Assembly (NCBI GenBank): GCA_951406725.2
Contig: OX597831.1
Coordinates: 31,992,001 to 32,056,000, forward strand
Source of the DNA: Octopus vulgaris
Taxonomy: Eukaryota
DNA length: 64,000 bases
Direction of reading: 5' to 3'
The notes under the pieces are model-generated. The model was given only the letters and a program-made list of their open reading frames with translations. It was not told the origin of the DNA and searched no databases. Below, one piece after another: positions 36,373 to 50,587 of this stretch; position 1 is the first letter of the stretch, and each line of letters begins with the position of its first letter. A program made the position numbers and the translations under genes.

Positions 36373-39300
36373 CAATACATCTCAACGCTTCTAAATGAAA
36401 GCAAACTTTGTTTACATGCATCGTAATTTTATATATATATATATATGTTTATATATATATATATATATATCTGTATGTATGTATCATTCTATTTATACAC
36501 ACACATACACAACTTTCAATTTAAAATTTGAACGGGTTAACATTTGATAAATTTTTCTTCTTGAATAATCCCCTCTCCCATCCTGACACCCTGCAAAGCA
36601 TTAACAACAACAAAAACAATAACATAACGAAAACAATGAAAAATAAGAAAAAATTTTAAAAATTTGAACCAATTTAAAATTCCCTTTTTCTTTTTCCACC
36701 TGGTGTTTTGGGATGAAACCAAAGTTTAGAATCAAAACAAGGACCATTTCAGTTCTCTTCAAGACTGCAGCAGGTAAAATCCTCATGCAGATGGCACAAA
36801 CACCAAGTTATATTGTTCTAGATAGGGATTCCAATATTGAAAATGGTAGGGAATTATTTTTCATAGGAACCCATCTAACAAGTTGTTGCTGATGTTATTT
36901 AGCTCCAGGTCATACCTGATTGAACAAATCTATGATCAAAGGCATTCCAGCCATGACAATCCTGTTTAATGAGTTATTTTGCAATGTGCAGAGCACTTAT
37001 GATGACATTATCTAGTATGTTTCTTATCCTTTAAGACAGTAGGTTGTGATTTGAAGAGATTCAGCTGCTCTTTGTTGCAGATCGAGATATTGAAAAAGCA
37101 TATATTGCTTCCCTCATTGGTTCATGTTGATTAGTGATGTCAGTCATAAGGTCATCCACATCATATTGTGTGCATGTACATATACATATATTTACAAACA
37201 CATAGACATACATTTACTTACATACACACACACACATCTATTCTATCCTAGAGTTTATTTGAGATAAACTAGTTTCCCACTTATGACTGCAATGCAACCA
37301 AGATGTTTTTCCATTTGATGCATCACATCGTCCAATATTGAAGGCCAATTAGCACATGTTTCCTGCTGTGTGAAGGCTCCTGATAGGCAGTAGCACTGCA
37401 ACTCAGAACACAAAAATTAGATTAGATACCTCACGTGATATGCTAACAATTCTACCAATCTACTATTACCATGAACAGGTATTTTATTTATCAACAAAGT
37501 ATGCAAAAAAATAAATAAATAAAACTGATTTTAGCAGGAATTGAACTCAAAGCACAGCCAACTTGAACAAGTACTATAGCAAAGTTTCACTATGGTTTTA
37601 GCAGAAGAAGACCAAAGCTGAGAATGTGAAAATGTATTCTTAGTCAGTATTGATAATACACCATCCTCAAAGCTGATGTTAGCTCTTAACTTCCCGTATA
37701 ACACAGTATGACAGGAGGCATCAGTTAGCCAGTCATGAAACATATGATATCACAAGAATTGTACAACATTGTTTACATTCATTTTGAAGACAGAAATGAA
37801 CTCTCTGAGAGAAGGGAGAAATATTGAATCTCTTCCTCTATCATTTATTTGTGATGTGTAATGGAATCATTACAAGACAGGGCTTGTGATGTAGAGAATT
37901 TTCAACAAGATTTTAAGAATAAATAACAATTGTTTTTAATCCAGATGGAAGGTCAGAAACCTTTAGAGAAGGGCATGGGGTTTAATCAATTACATCTACT
38001 TCAGTATTTGACTGCTACTTTATTTTATTGATCCTGGAAAAAAAAAATGAAAGGCAAAGTTGACCTTAGGTGGGGATTTGAACGCAGAACGCAAGGCAGC
38101 AGAACAAAAATCACAAGGCAATTTGTTGAATGCTCTAGCAATTCTGCAACAAGGTTATTGAACCATACAGAGTAGTCTCCTCATTCAAACGTTTCAGCTG
38201 TGGTAAAGTTATCTGGTTGCTTCTATTCTTTACTCTATGAGGGCTCTAGGAAACGTAATGGGAGCTGTCCCCATCCCCTTCCAATTATATTTATAAAAAA
38301 AGTAGGGAGGAAGAAACAATGTACTAATGCTTGGAAATAACTGGAGATAGTTGGTGGCTTTTTTGGTAAAGAATAGCAAACTTTGGAGATTGATGCTGTT
38401 TCGCACAGAATTTGCATAGAATTTACACATGATGTATGACTAATAGAGAACATACTCCAAACTCATCCACAAATCATATTCTACCATCTGTAAAAAAAGG
38501 GGAAGGACACATTGGATTATGTCATCTTAGATGCACTTTTCCTGAAAACAAGATGTAGTGGTCAAGGCTGGAAATTCTTTGATTAGTGGTCTATTTCGGT
38601 CAGAGCTGAACAACAACGATAACATCTAAAGCCTGCAGCTTTCTTGAAGATGTACTCAGTCACACCTCCCCTTCTCCTCTCTTAGACACCCTTAAGCATT
38701 ATCGAACCAATATATATTCCCTGAAAGCCTTGATGCGAGGGAACTTTTGTCAAAAACAAGAAACCACCCCCTCCCCCGCCAAAGAGGTATCCTAAAAGAA
38801 CCCTGTTGCGGAAAAAAAAAAGAAAGAAATAAAACAGGAAAATATAATAAAATATTATAAAATAAGGCAGGAAACCAGACAACGAAGAATCAGCAAGATT
38901 ACAAGAAATGCCAGTGAATAGATCTCACTGCAGACATTACACATCATCCAATATCTCGGAAATAATGTAAAATACAAAACATGTAATATCCACTCTAAAG
39001 ATTTTCCTCCAAAATGACTGCATCACTTGAAGACAAATAACTGTGACTGTTACTGTTAGGTCTGATTAAACAATCTTAACACAATACAAGACAGAGATTG
39101 ACAGATTAGTTATCATAATCAATATACCAAATGTTTTTCCAAGACTAGCCAGAATCTGTTATCTTTGTCATTCTATGACATTATTGAAAACATCAATTGA
39201 TCTTAAAACCTTTAATTTTTCTATCAACCTAAAATTTTAAGCTTAAATCCTCTTCATCATCAAAACATTTCTGTTTTATTTGTATTCTGTATATTGGTAG

Positions 39301-39678
39301 AAATTATTATTATTACTATCATAATAATCTTTTTCTACTATAGACACAAGGCCTGAAGCTTTTTGGGGAAGGAGTGGGGGCAAGTCGATTATATCAACGC
39401 CAGTGTATCACTGGTACTTATTTCATAGACCCCCAAAAGGAGGAAAGGCAAAGTCAAACTCAGAACGTAAGGATGGATGAAATGCTGCTAAGCATTTTGT
39501 TTGGTGTGGGACCCCCCCTCCAAAAAACAAAACAAAACAAAAAACAAACAAAAAAGAGGATCACTTTAATAAAAATAATAAAAACAAGATATGAATAAGG
39601 GTAGATGAACATTGAAGAGTCAACAGCCACCCAAATAGTATTTCTTTATTAGTAGTACTGCTAATGAAGTCGTTACCA

Positions 39679-39721
<43 letters not shown>

Positions 39722-41078
39722 TAATAATAATAATAATAATGAATACCCCGAGAACAAAAATGGCAAAGAGAAACTCCAGGGAGATAAATTTACCAGAAAG
39801 GGAAGAGGGTGTCTTTAGCCTTGGCTGACAACCCTCTAAAGAAAATGTCTTGATAAAAAAAATTGGTGATTGTGATACCTCATATATTATAACAGAAGGC
39901 TATCTGCCCTTACTAGTACTAACTACTCAAACTGTCATGTTAGAGTGGAATTTATTTTGTGAACCAAGCAGATTGTGGTAAGCAGAGTTATGTGCCTTGA
40001 GACATTAACTCTTAACTTCCTGTATGACACACTACTGCATCAGTCAGCATCAGTCTTGAAACACACAATATCACAAGAATAATTTTAACATTATTTACAT
40101 TCATCATGAAAGAAATGAGGAACTCTCTAATATAAGGGAGAAAACTCTGATACCTTCATACAACATTCATTTCTGTTCTGTAACAGAATCATCACATGAC
40201 TGGTCTTTTGAGTTAGTTTTCAATAGGATACCCAAACTCTTGAATGTGTGGTCAGTTGTCCAGCACTTTAAGCTTACAACTATTGCCACTGTGAGGTTAA
40301 GGTTAATATTTCACATGAAATAAAACAAACAATATATTTTTTCTCTTTTAAGAAATAATAAAAAAAACTTTGAAAGCTGCCAATTAAATTCCAATGCAAA
40401 AGTTGTAGAAATAAAACCTAAATTGTAATAAAAAAAGGCTATTAAATTGCCAAGAACAAGAATTTTAGTATTACTATTTCCTCATGAAGAAAATTTCCTG
40501 AAAATATCACAGACTTAAAAAAACACAAAATTCCCAGCAGTTCACATAATTCTGATCCTGATTTGTAAGCTATTTACATTTACGTCAATGAAATAAGAGA
40601 TGAATGGAATAAATATATTCATATGTAGACTAATCTACACACACACATATATTTTTTTATACATGATATATACAGCTTATATATGTATACACACACATAA
40701 ACACACATGTATAATCCTTTTTATGTACATACATGTTTACACATATTTACATACACAGTATATACTTAAAAAAAAATTCATATATCTTGAATATCAATAT
40801 CAATTTTATAAAAAAAAAAATTAAAGATAATTATCATTAATATTATTATTGTTATTATGGCAAGTGACAGAACCATTACTGCATTGGGTAAAATGCTTAG
40901 CAGCATGTCTTTGAGTCTTACCTTCTGATTTCAGACATTGCCAAAGTTACCTTTGTCTTTCCTTTCAGGCCTGATTAAATAAAGTACCAGTTGAGTACTG
41001 GAGTCGATATAATCAACTGTATCCTCCCCACAAAATTTTAGACCTTGTGCGTATAGCAGAAAGAATTACTATTATTAC

Positions 41079-41143
<65 letters not shown>

Positions 41144-41733
41144 TATTATAAATCTTTATTAATAAGGTATAAAAATTAGGCATGGTTAGTTGGGGGAAAT
41201 AGGAAGTCACCATATTGTAATCTTTACAATGTTTGACTCCATCTATATATTCATTCTTAGTTCAAATTCTATCTGTGCCATGCCTGCCTTTTCCCCCTAC
41301 ATCACTTTCATTCAATAATATAGAAGTAAAGTAATGAGATTGACTCGGCTGAACTATATTCTCCACCCACCCCTGCTCTTAATGACATTAGGTTAATGTT
41401 AAAAATCCTCTTCTTCCTTCTCCTCCTTCTCTTCATCATCAACTCTCTCATCACCATCATCAACAACTGTGAAAGTGGAACAAACACAGTCATTCATAAA
41501 TTGATCCAATCCAGACGTTTTAAGCCTGATCCAATCCAGACCTGTTGCGCTTACTGTTTCAAGTTCAAATCACAATGACAGCTGTCTTTAGTTTTCACTT
41601 GAACTTATATCGAACACTTCTGGAAAATCAGGAAATACCAGTAAAATATTGAGGGTTAAATCCACCTTGATCTTCATTCAACATACTTTGAGCTTTTCAA
41701 CTACTCATGAACATAATAATAATAATAATAATG

Positions 41734-41789
<56 letters not shown>

Positions 41790-42266
41790 CCTTTCTACTA
41801 AAGGCACAAGGCCTGAAATTTTTTAGCGAGCTGACTAGTTTATTACACTGACCCCAGTGCTTACTTAATTTATCAACCCCCAAATGGATGAAAGGCCAAG
41901 TTGACCTTGGCGGAATTTGAACTAAGACCGTGAAGATGGACAAAATACCATTAAGCATTTTGCCTCGCATGCTAATGATTCTGCCAGCTCACCACCTTAC
42001 TACTACTACTATTACTACTACTACTACTACTAATAATAATAATAATAGTAGTTTCTAATAAAGGCACAAGGCCAGAAATTTGTTTGGGAAAGTAAAAGTT
42101 GATTACATCAACCACCAGTACATTACTGATACTTTATTTTATTGGCACAGAAAGGATGAAAAGCAAAGCCAACCTCAGTGGAATTTGAACCCACAATGTA
42201 AAGAGCCTGAAGAAATGCTGCAAACATTTTTTTCCAAGATTCTGAAAATTCTTCCAGTTTGCTGCC

Positions 42267-42309
<43 letters not shown>

Positions 42310-42593
42310 CAACAACAACAGCAACAACAACAATAATAATGGTTTCAAATTTGGGCACAAGGCCAGCAAGTTCAGGGGAGAGGGAAGCTGATTAGATCAA
42401 TCCCAGTGCTCAACTGGTACTTATTTTATCGACCCCTAAAGGATGAAAGGCAAAGTTGACCTTGGCAGATTTTGAACTCTGAATGTAACAATGGACAAAA
42501 TGCTGCTAAGCATTATGCCTGGTGTGCTAACGATTCTGCCAACTGGCTGCCTTAAAAATAATAATAATAATAATAATGATAATAATAATGATA

Positions 42594-42627
<34 letters not shown>

Positions 42628-42835
42628 CAACGATGATTTCTAATTTAGGCAGAAGGCCAGAATTTTAAAGGAAATGGGTTAGTTGAAATATTGACGCCAG
42701 TACTTCACTTGTACTTTATTTTATCAACCATGTAAAGGTGGGCAAAAGGTGACTGCAATGAAATTTGAATCCAGAATGTAAAGATCCAGAATAAATACCA
42801 TAAGGCATTTTGTCCAATACGCTTACTGATTGCTC
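41790..42835 (-). mobile_element. Stack of four co-oriented family A SINEs separated by (AAT)n/(ACT)n/(GAT)n tracts
   Basis: Copies at about 41790-42000, 42052-42270, 42340-42555 and 42637-42835; other family A copies at 11305, 39328, 40858 (+), 47292, 59003 (+) and 62090. Confidence 0.88.
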
Positions 42836-44816
42836 TAAGGAAAGTGAAAGTAAAGAGTGTCACTGCTTTGGGGGCCAAAAAGTTTATGGAGAATTTACAC
42901 CTAACCGCATGATACTCACTAATTCTATAAAATAATAATTTCTCTTATTGCCACAAGGCAACATATTTGCAAAGAAGAGCTTTAGTTGACTTAATGAGCC
43001 CAGGATATGACGGGTACTTATTTTAGCAGCCTTGGTGGGATGGAAGAAAAGTGGGGATTTGAATACCCTAAAATGGAGACACATCTCCAATTAGTCTTGA
43101 GAATGAGCATACAACTTTTTAACCAATTTAATTCTTACACTTGAAACTAATGTCTAAGTAGCTGAGGGCTCCACAGACTACCCTGAATGTAATTCTCTGG
43201 CAAAATCAGTGTGACATAATGTGACAAGGTTGAATCTTTGATGGATGAAGGACAAAATTGGAAGGATTAATGGACTCACAGAATTTATAAATGTTTGGAT
43301 GATAAACAGCTGACATCACAAATTAAAAAAATTCATGGAATCTTGGTCCTTAGTTGTGACAGAATTAGTAATGGTTAATAAACAAGACAAATATTAATCT
43401 ACCTTCAGTAACATGACAAATCTATCCCAGGTAACATTCCTGTGAAGAAACTAGCTTCTCCTGTTGGGTTTCACTATTTCATTTCTAGTCCATCTGAGAC
43501 ATATTCCATAAGTCCATTTATTCTTCTAATCCATCTGAGACCACCTCTACTCCTATGATATAAAAACCTCCTGTTTTAAAATGTTCATATTTAAAGTAAA
43601 ATTAAACTTTCCTTGATAATTTTATATAAGAACATTTTGGTAAATTCTGTTCCAAGCATCAGCTTGATCATGTAAAAGTTAGCCATTTTATGAAAGCACT
43701 CCAAATTCTTGAATATTTTCAAAATTAATTAAAAATAGTTTATTTTATAAGAAATACGGTCATGGAAGATTTAATCGAGGCATTTACTAGGATTAAATAT
43801 AATTTTCAGTGAAATGCCATACTACCATAATTGTTTATAATAGCATGGTGTGAGTGGGTGGGGGTACCTGAACTCATATCCTCTTGCCATTTCAATACCT
43901 CTCTTACTTAGCTTCACTTGGTTCACAATCTAATTAACGAACCAGGAAACTAATGAACTAAAATGCATCAATGGCATACACTGATTCAATTATAATCGAA
44001 ATTAGAAATTGAAAAAGAAATAATTTCTAATTGGAACTAAATTAAAATAATTAATTCTTCGATCCCTATACTCACAAATTATTTAAAATTAAATGATAAA
44101 AAATTTTTTTTTAATTTGTAAAAATGTGGAGGGGGAAGAAAAGCACATAAAAATCTTTTTTTTTTTACTTGTTAGGCACAAAGATGATTTTTGAAGAATT
44201 AGGACACAGTAGTTTGTACTGGACCTCAGTAGATAACGGGTACTTACTGTATTAATCTCTGCAGGAATAAAATAAAAAGAAGGTTCATCTGCAGGATTTG
44301 AACTCAAAATTTCAGAGAGCTAGAACTAAATATTTCAAGACAATTAATCAGGCACCACTGTTTTGGTAGTGTCAACATAATCATCTCCCTAAGGTATTAC
44401 TGGTTTGTAGGATTTACTACTTATAGATGTATGAGAAATGAAGTTTGAATTTTGAAAAAACGATGTGTGCATGTATATACGTGTGGGTGTGTGTAATGTA
44501 TATGTATTGCGATGATGATGTATGTATATGTATATATGTGTGTGTGTATGTATTTATGTGTATGTGTGTGCATGTATATATAAGTGTGTGTGTGCATGTA
44601 TATATAAGTGTATGTGTGCACATGTGTACAGAATTTGAACATGGAATGTAGAGGTCAAATCTTCCCAGAGTCAGGCATGTGTTGTTGTTGTTGTTATAGC
44701 TGCTGGTGGTGGTTTGGGAGAGGACAAAACCAATACTGCCACAAGTCTCAGAAATTTGTGAATTGGTGGCAACAATTCAAACACTGGATTAAAATGTCTG
44801 TTCATAATTTATTCCA

Positions 44817-44861
<45 letters not shown>

Positions 44862-45460
44862 GCATGTATCTTTCCCTTTTTCTCTTTCTTTCTCTACCTC
44901 TTACTCTCTATAAATTCAACTCTCACTCTGTCTGTATGTCTCTCTTTCCGCAAGTTGACTTGGCATTCGATCTCTTTGGAGGAGGTGGTGGTGGTGGTGG
45001 TGGTGAGAGGAGGTGGTGTTAAAGACATTAACCCCCCCACCAAAAAAAAACCAGTACCAATATTGGCAAATATATTCTATGGCTATAGAATGGTACTCAA
45101 TGGACTGGAATGGAATATTTCAAGCAAATAAACAAATAAATAAAAAAAACAAGAAATAAACTAGAAAATCAAAAACTAATAGATTGACTGGAAGAGAAAA
45201 TATTGAAAAAGGAATGTTAAAAAATAAATAATATACATATATATTCTTTATACAGTGACAACAACAACAATAATAATAATGATAACAATCATAATAATAA
45301 TGGTATTGGAATGTACGTGTGTGTGTGTGCGTGTGTGTATGTGAGTATATGGAATAAATAATAATTTTTTTGTATGTTGGGATTTTTCAGTATTTCTTAT
45401 TTTTGAAAAGCATCTGGAAAATATGAGAGCCAATTGAGACAGCATGCAATAATAATAATA

Positions 45461-45491
<31 letters not shown>

Positions 45492-46183
45492 TGATGATGA
45501 TGAAAATAATAGTAATGGAAAATGATAATGGAAATGATAATAATGATATTAATGATAATTAAATTGAAAATGCTAATCAACCAATTTAGTATAGAATTAA
45601 ACTGAAATTGTCAGATGAATAGTTTTTCCTTTTTTTTTAGATTAGTTCATTAAAAAAAACATAATTAGCAATTAATAAATAAAACTCTTGAATTTACTTT
45701 GGTTTTTTTCAGTTTATGTCTGAACAGAATGCACCATATGTGTGTGTGTATACACACACACACAAAATATATACATACATACATATATATATTTATACAC
45801 ACATATACATAAAAATATATATGTGTGTGAAGGTATATGCATATGGTTTCTTATATATATATATATATCTATATACACACATACATATATTATTTGAATA
45901 TTTTAGAATATTTTTTCATCTTGTTTCTCAAGTTCTTCTTTTAGAAGTATGTATAAATATGTATATACATACATATTTATGTATGTATATGTATGTGTGT
46001 ATGTATATATATATGTGTGTGTGTGTATATATGTATATATATATATGCATACACACACACACACACATATATATGTGTGTGTATATATATATAAATTTCA
46101 ATTTTTTATTTCATTATTGTAGTTATTATTATTAGTTTTCATTATTATTGTTATTATTATTATTATTATCATTATCATCATCA

Positions 46184-46247
<64 letters not shown>

Positions 46248-46670
46248 AAACACTGCTACTACAAGTAGTCTTTGAAAGGGGAATATTTTTTTTCATTTTA
46301 TTTTATATTCTAAATGGATTGTTTTCATCTAAATAATAATAATAATAATAATAACAATAATAATAATTATAATAATAATAATAATAATGATAATAATAAT
46401 GTTAATCTTCATCATAATAAGTATTATGAATTAAATTTATAATTTTTTTTTTTAAAGTTGTTTATTTTTTTAAATATTTTTGTTTTCTCGTATCACAGCC
46501 TTTAGGTTAATCGTCGAGACAACTGGATGAAAAAGGTGCTTTGTTATTGGGTTAAGTTAAATTAAGTTTGGTTTGGTTGGTTTGGTTTGGTTGTTTTTTT
46601 TGGGTTTTTTTCCTTTTTGAAGAGTTAGTTAGAGAGACACCTAGAAAGTTAGATAAATAGGAAAAAAAAG

Positions 46671-46813
46671 CTAAACAGTTGTTTCTTCTCCAGGACTCGA
46701 TAGGTAACCACTGACTTTGTGCTTCTTCGACATATGATGATGGCGACCAGGGACAGCATAATGACTTGTTTTGCCTCCACCGACGCTATCGAGGGAGGCT
46801 ACTGGTGATGGTT
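46671..46813 (-). CDS. Probable terminal coding exon of an unidentified minus-strand gene; C-terminus ...SGYLSSPGEETTV* (class I PDZ-binding motif)
   Basis: Strong acceptor ttttttttccctttctgttcatcttttcag; phase-1 open frame PSPVASLDSVGGGKTSHYAVPGRHHHMSKKHKVSGYLSSPGEETTV-TAG; GC- and CpG-rich versus flanks; followed by repeat-poor UTR-like sequence. Confidence 0.7.
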
Positions 46814-46934
46814 CTGAAAAGATGAACAGAAAGGGAAAAAAAAAGCAATGAAAACAGATGAATATTGTTGTAACTTTTAAAATTATCAACTTTAAAAGTT
46901 ATCAACCACCTCACCAACAACAACAACACTGAAC

Positions 46935-47189
46935 ACCTTTTTGATCTCCATGTGTCTAACACACGTGGACATGCCTACAAAGTCAGAAAACAACACAGCT
47001 CCCATGACTTTCGGAAACATTTTTTCACGCTCAGAGTTGCTGAAGCATGGAATAAACTGCCTGCGTCAGTTGTTGACTGCCATGACACTGCATCCTTTAA
47101 GGCCCTCATGCTTTCCGAAATCTGCCAAAACTACACCTGATTATATATACACTTTAGATGAGTTGTAGTGCACCTGAGCACTGTACACA

Positions 47190-47230
<41 letters not shown>
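46935..47230 (+). mobile_element. CR1-clade LINE 3' end with (ATT)n tail
   Basis: NTRGHAYKVRKQHSSHDFRKHFFTLRVAEAWNKLPASVVDCHDTASFK matches the CR1 ORF2 C-terminus (TRGH...FF..RV...WN.LP..VV...FK). Confidence 0.9.
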
Positions 47231-47231
<1 letters not shown>

Positions 47232-47765
47232 AATTTTCTGAATTAAAACAGAGAAAAAATTTTGAAAAAAAATTATTAATATTATTATATTGGTTTCAAA
47301 TTATGGCACAAGGCCATCAAATTTTGGGGAGGGATAAATTAATAACATCAACTCCTGTGTCCAACTGATACTTGTTTTATCAACTCTGAAAGGACAAAAG
47401 GACAAAAAGCAAAGTCACCCTTGTCAGAATTTGAACTCAGAACATAATGTTTGATGAAAGGCTGCTAAGTATTTTGTCTGGTATGCTAATGATTCTGCCA
47501 ACTCACTGTCTTAATTATTATTATTATATTGACCAGGCTCCCATTGGCTTTTATGGGTTTTTCCACCAGGAACCTTTCGTAACGCCTCCCCCTATTGGAA
47601 GTTTTTCATTGTTAAATATTTTTGTTGTTACACTGTTTTTTACACGGATTTTTACAAACGGACAAAACCCTTTGTAACCTTTCGTCTTGTTTTGTCCCTT
47701 TATGTTTTCTAATCATGTGTGTCAGCCCTTGTGGCCAATAAAAAGAATTAATTATTATTATTATT

Positions 47766-48162
47766 GTCTTTGCACAGCTTCTAACGCTGGAGATGTACTA
47801 TGGTGCCAGCTGTTCACTACTAGTGAACTAAGGTAACACCCCTTATTTTTCGAGCACCTTCCAGAGTATTCAACCGGTTCCAAGCAGGGCTGTTCTCTAC
47901 AAGTGCTCCACTCTTATTGCAGCCCCTATTTGTTCCACGTACTTCTTCAGATTTTTGTTCACTATTCCCAGGGCTCCAACAATTATTGGTACTACTACTA
48001 CCTATTTCATTGACCACAACTGCTTAACCACCCAAGCTAACCTATTATATCTATAGACTCTTCTTTCTTCCTTGTTGCATACCTTGTTGTCAGCTGGGCA
48101 TGCTATATCTATGATCCAGCATAGTAGTTTGTTTTCTTTCTCAATTAAGACTATGTCCGGCT
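47766..48162 (-). mobile_element. Dong/R4-clade LINE 3' end inside a TAA microsatellite
   Basis: KPDIVLIEKENKLLCWIIDIACPADNKVCNKEERR...LWSMK*VVVVPIIVGALG; (TAA)n on both sides. Confidence 0.88.
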
Positions 48163-49800
48163 TATTATTATTATCATTATTATTATTATTATTACAATAA
48201 TTATTATTATATTGAAATGGATCAAGTTGTAGAAACCATACCAATGCAGATACTGAACATGATGCAGTATTTGGGCCCATCCAACTTATGCCAGCATAGA
48301 ACATGGATGTTAAATGATGATGATGATGATGATAATATATATTTTATTTACTCCACATCTTTTTTAATAGGTGCCTGAGATAACTATAAGAAGAAACATA
48401 TGTACTTGAAGTCATGCTTACAATTGTGCTGCATACATCATTTATCAAATATATATATATATTTAAAAAGAAAACAATTTTGAAGTTTTTGGCAACATCA
48501 TCCCTTCTCTTATTCTATATCCACTTTCCTAGCTGGCATGGGTTAGATGAGTCACTATGCTCTGAGTTGTCAATCTGCAGGTTACATCTTCCAAAGCTTA
48601 TGTGCTCATAGCACATGTCATTTGGCACGGTTTCTATGGCTACATGCCCTTTCTAATGCCAATAACTTTACTGAGTGTATTGAGTGCATCTTCTTGTGGC
48701 ACCAGCACCGGAGAGGTTGGGTAGAACTAAAGAGACCTCACAATCCTATGCTTTCTCTACTCATTTAGCCAATCCTGTTATAGTGGTGGTCAGTGCCTTA
48801 CATACAATAGATGTAGATTTGAAGAGAAAATGATGATTGCAGAAAGGCTGGAAATGGGTATCTGAGGGATGAGCACTGAGAAGTAGATGTAGGTATAGAG
48901 GGTACACAATAAATTTATGGGGTCTATATTTACACCGGTGACTGAGGACAAGGAAGGGAACCTGGAGAGAAAGGACAGAAGGAAGTATGGTTCTAGAAGG
49001 ATCAAAATAGGCGAGAGGGTAGAAGGAACAAGAGTATGATCTGAACAAGGCAGAGATATGTTGAGATCATTGGGGAGTGGTGATTGGCAATAGCAGGCGG
49101 ACATTGTATTTGATGGCATCTAAGACACACTTTTCCCCCCAAATCACCCTGGGTCCTATATGTGAAGTTGGGCCATCCATAAACTTTAAAGCACTAAAAA
49201 CATTTTTTCTTGCATATACTGCTGAAATTGGGATGCATCCTAATATGGTCATGTGTCTTTCATGTCATCAAATAGAGTAATACAAATATATTCAATGAGT
49301 TGAGCCTGCAAATCTAAAGAAAATGATAAACACGATATGGTTTGTGAAGTAAAATTACATATATTACAATAGAAAGAACTATTCAGCAAACAATAATAAT
49401 CATTGTTAAAGTGTTTGTTGGTAATATATTAGAAACGAGCTGAAATCAACATTTATGAAAGTTATGAAATACAGAGCTAAGCTTCCTTTAGTTTCCCATT
49501 TCAATAGTTTTGAAATGAAAATATTGATGTCACCCAAGGAACACATGATTGGCTTCATGTATTTTAAAGTGCACATTTGTTAATTCTAAGTGTAAAGATG
49601 TATATATGCCTGGTGATATGATGTGGGTTTGTAAAAGTGTAAAGTTATGTAATATCATGAATCACTGAATAAATGATCATGTGACAGAAACACATGTAGC
49701 AAAAATCTGAAATGTTCGTTATTGTCCCGTTACTAAATATAAATCTTTATATATATATATATATATATATACGTGCACATGTGTATGTGTATGTGTGTGC

Positions 49801-49843
<43 letters not shown>

Positions 49844-49873
49844 TGTATGTATGTATGTATGTATGTATGTATG

Positions 49874-49914
<41 letters not shown>

Positions 49915-50086
49915 ATCCAGCTGTAGAAACACTGCCAGATCAGACTGAGCCTGGTGCAGCCTTCTGGCTTCCCAGACCCCAGTTGAACCGTCCAACCCAT
50001 GCTAGCATGGTAATCGGACGTTAAACGATGATGATGATGTATATATATTAAATAAAGTAATGGTGCAAAGCATTGTTTATGTATAA

Positions 50087-50406
50087 TCACAATTTAGGTT
50101 AGTTGAAATATGTTTGTCACTTATTTCAACTGCTAAATGGCAAATACACTGCAGTTACCACGGAGAAAGATTCTCTCATATGGTAAAAAGGTGTGAAAAC
50201 ACTCAGATCATTCAGTGTCACCCTCTCTTGAGAATCTCAGACATCGCTGTTTCGAGTTTATTGACTCTTGTCGATGAGATGTAACTAAGATGTCTGAGTT
50301 TCTTGAGAAATGGCGACACTGAACAAACTGGCGCTTTCACACCTTTTTACCATGAGAGAGATGTTTTTCTCCACGGTAACTGCATTTCAACTAACCTAAA
50401 TTGTGA
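50087..50406. mobile_element. Diverged fold-back element with a hammerhead relic in its spacer
   Basis: TCACAATTTAGGTTAGTTGAAAT 50087-50109 pairs with 50384-50406; 50150-50245 pairs with 50289-50384. Confidence 0.8.
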
Positions 50407-50410
50407 GATA

Positions 50411-50454
<44 letters not shown>

Positions 50455-50456
<2 letters not shown>

Positions 50457-50587
50457 TATAAAAAAGAAGTTTGAAAACGCCACTATATAAGATAAATTTT
50501 AATTTTCTTAGAAATTTTATATGTTTTGGTTCTTCTTGAAATTAAAATTATCTTATATAGTGGCGTTTTCAAACTTCTTTTTATAAA
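50455..50587. repeat. Inverted repeat, about 50-bp arms
   Basis: AAGAAGTTTGAAAACGCCACTATATAAGATAA pairs with TTATCTTATATAGTGGCGTTTTCAAACTTCTT. Confidence 0.9.

Noticed and set aside
48780-49310. Purine-rich block with several 60-110 aa ORFs
   Set aside because: No recognisable domain or splice structure; probably old repeat sequence
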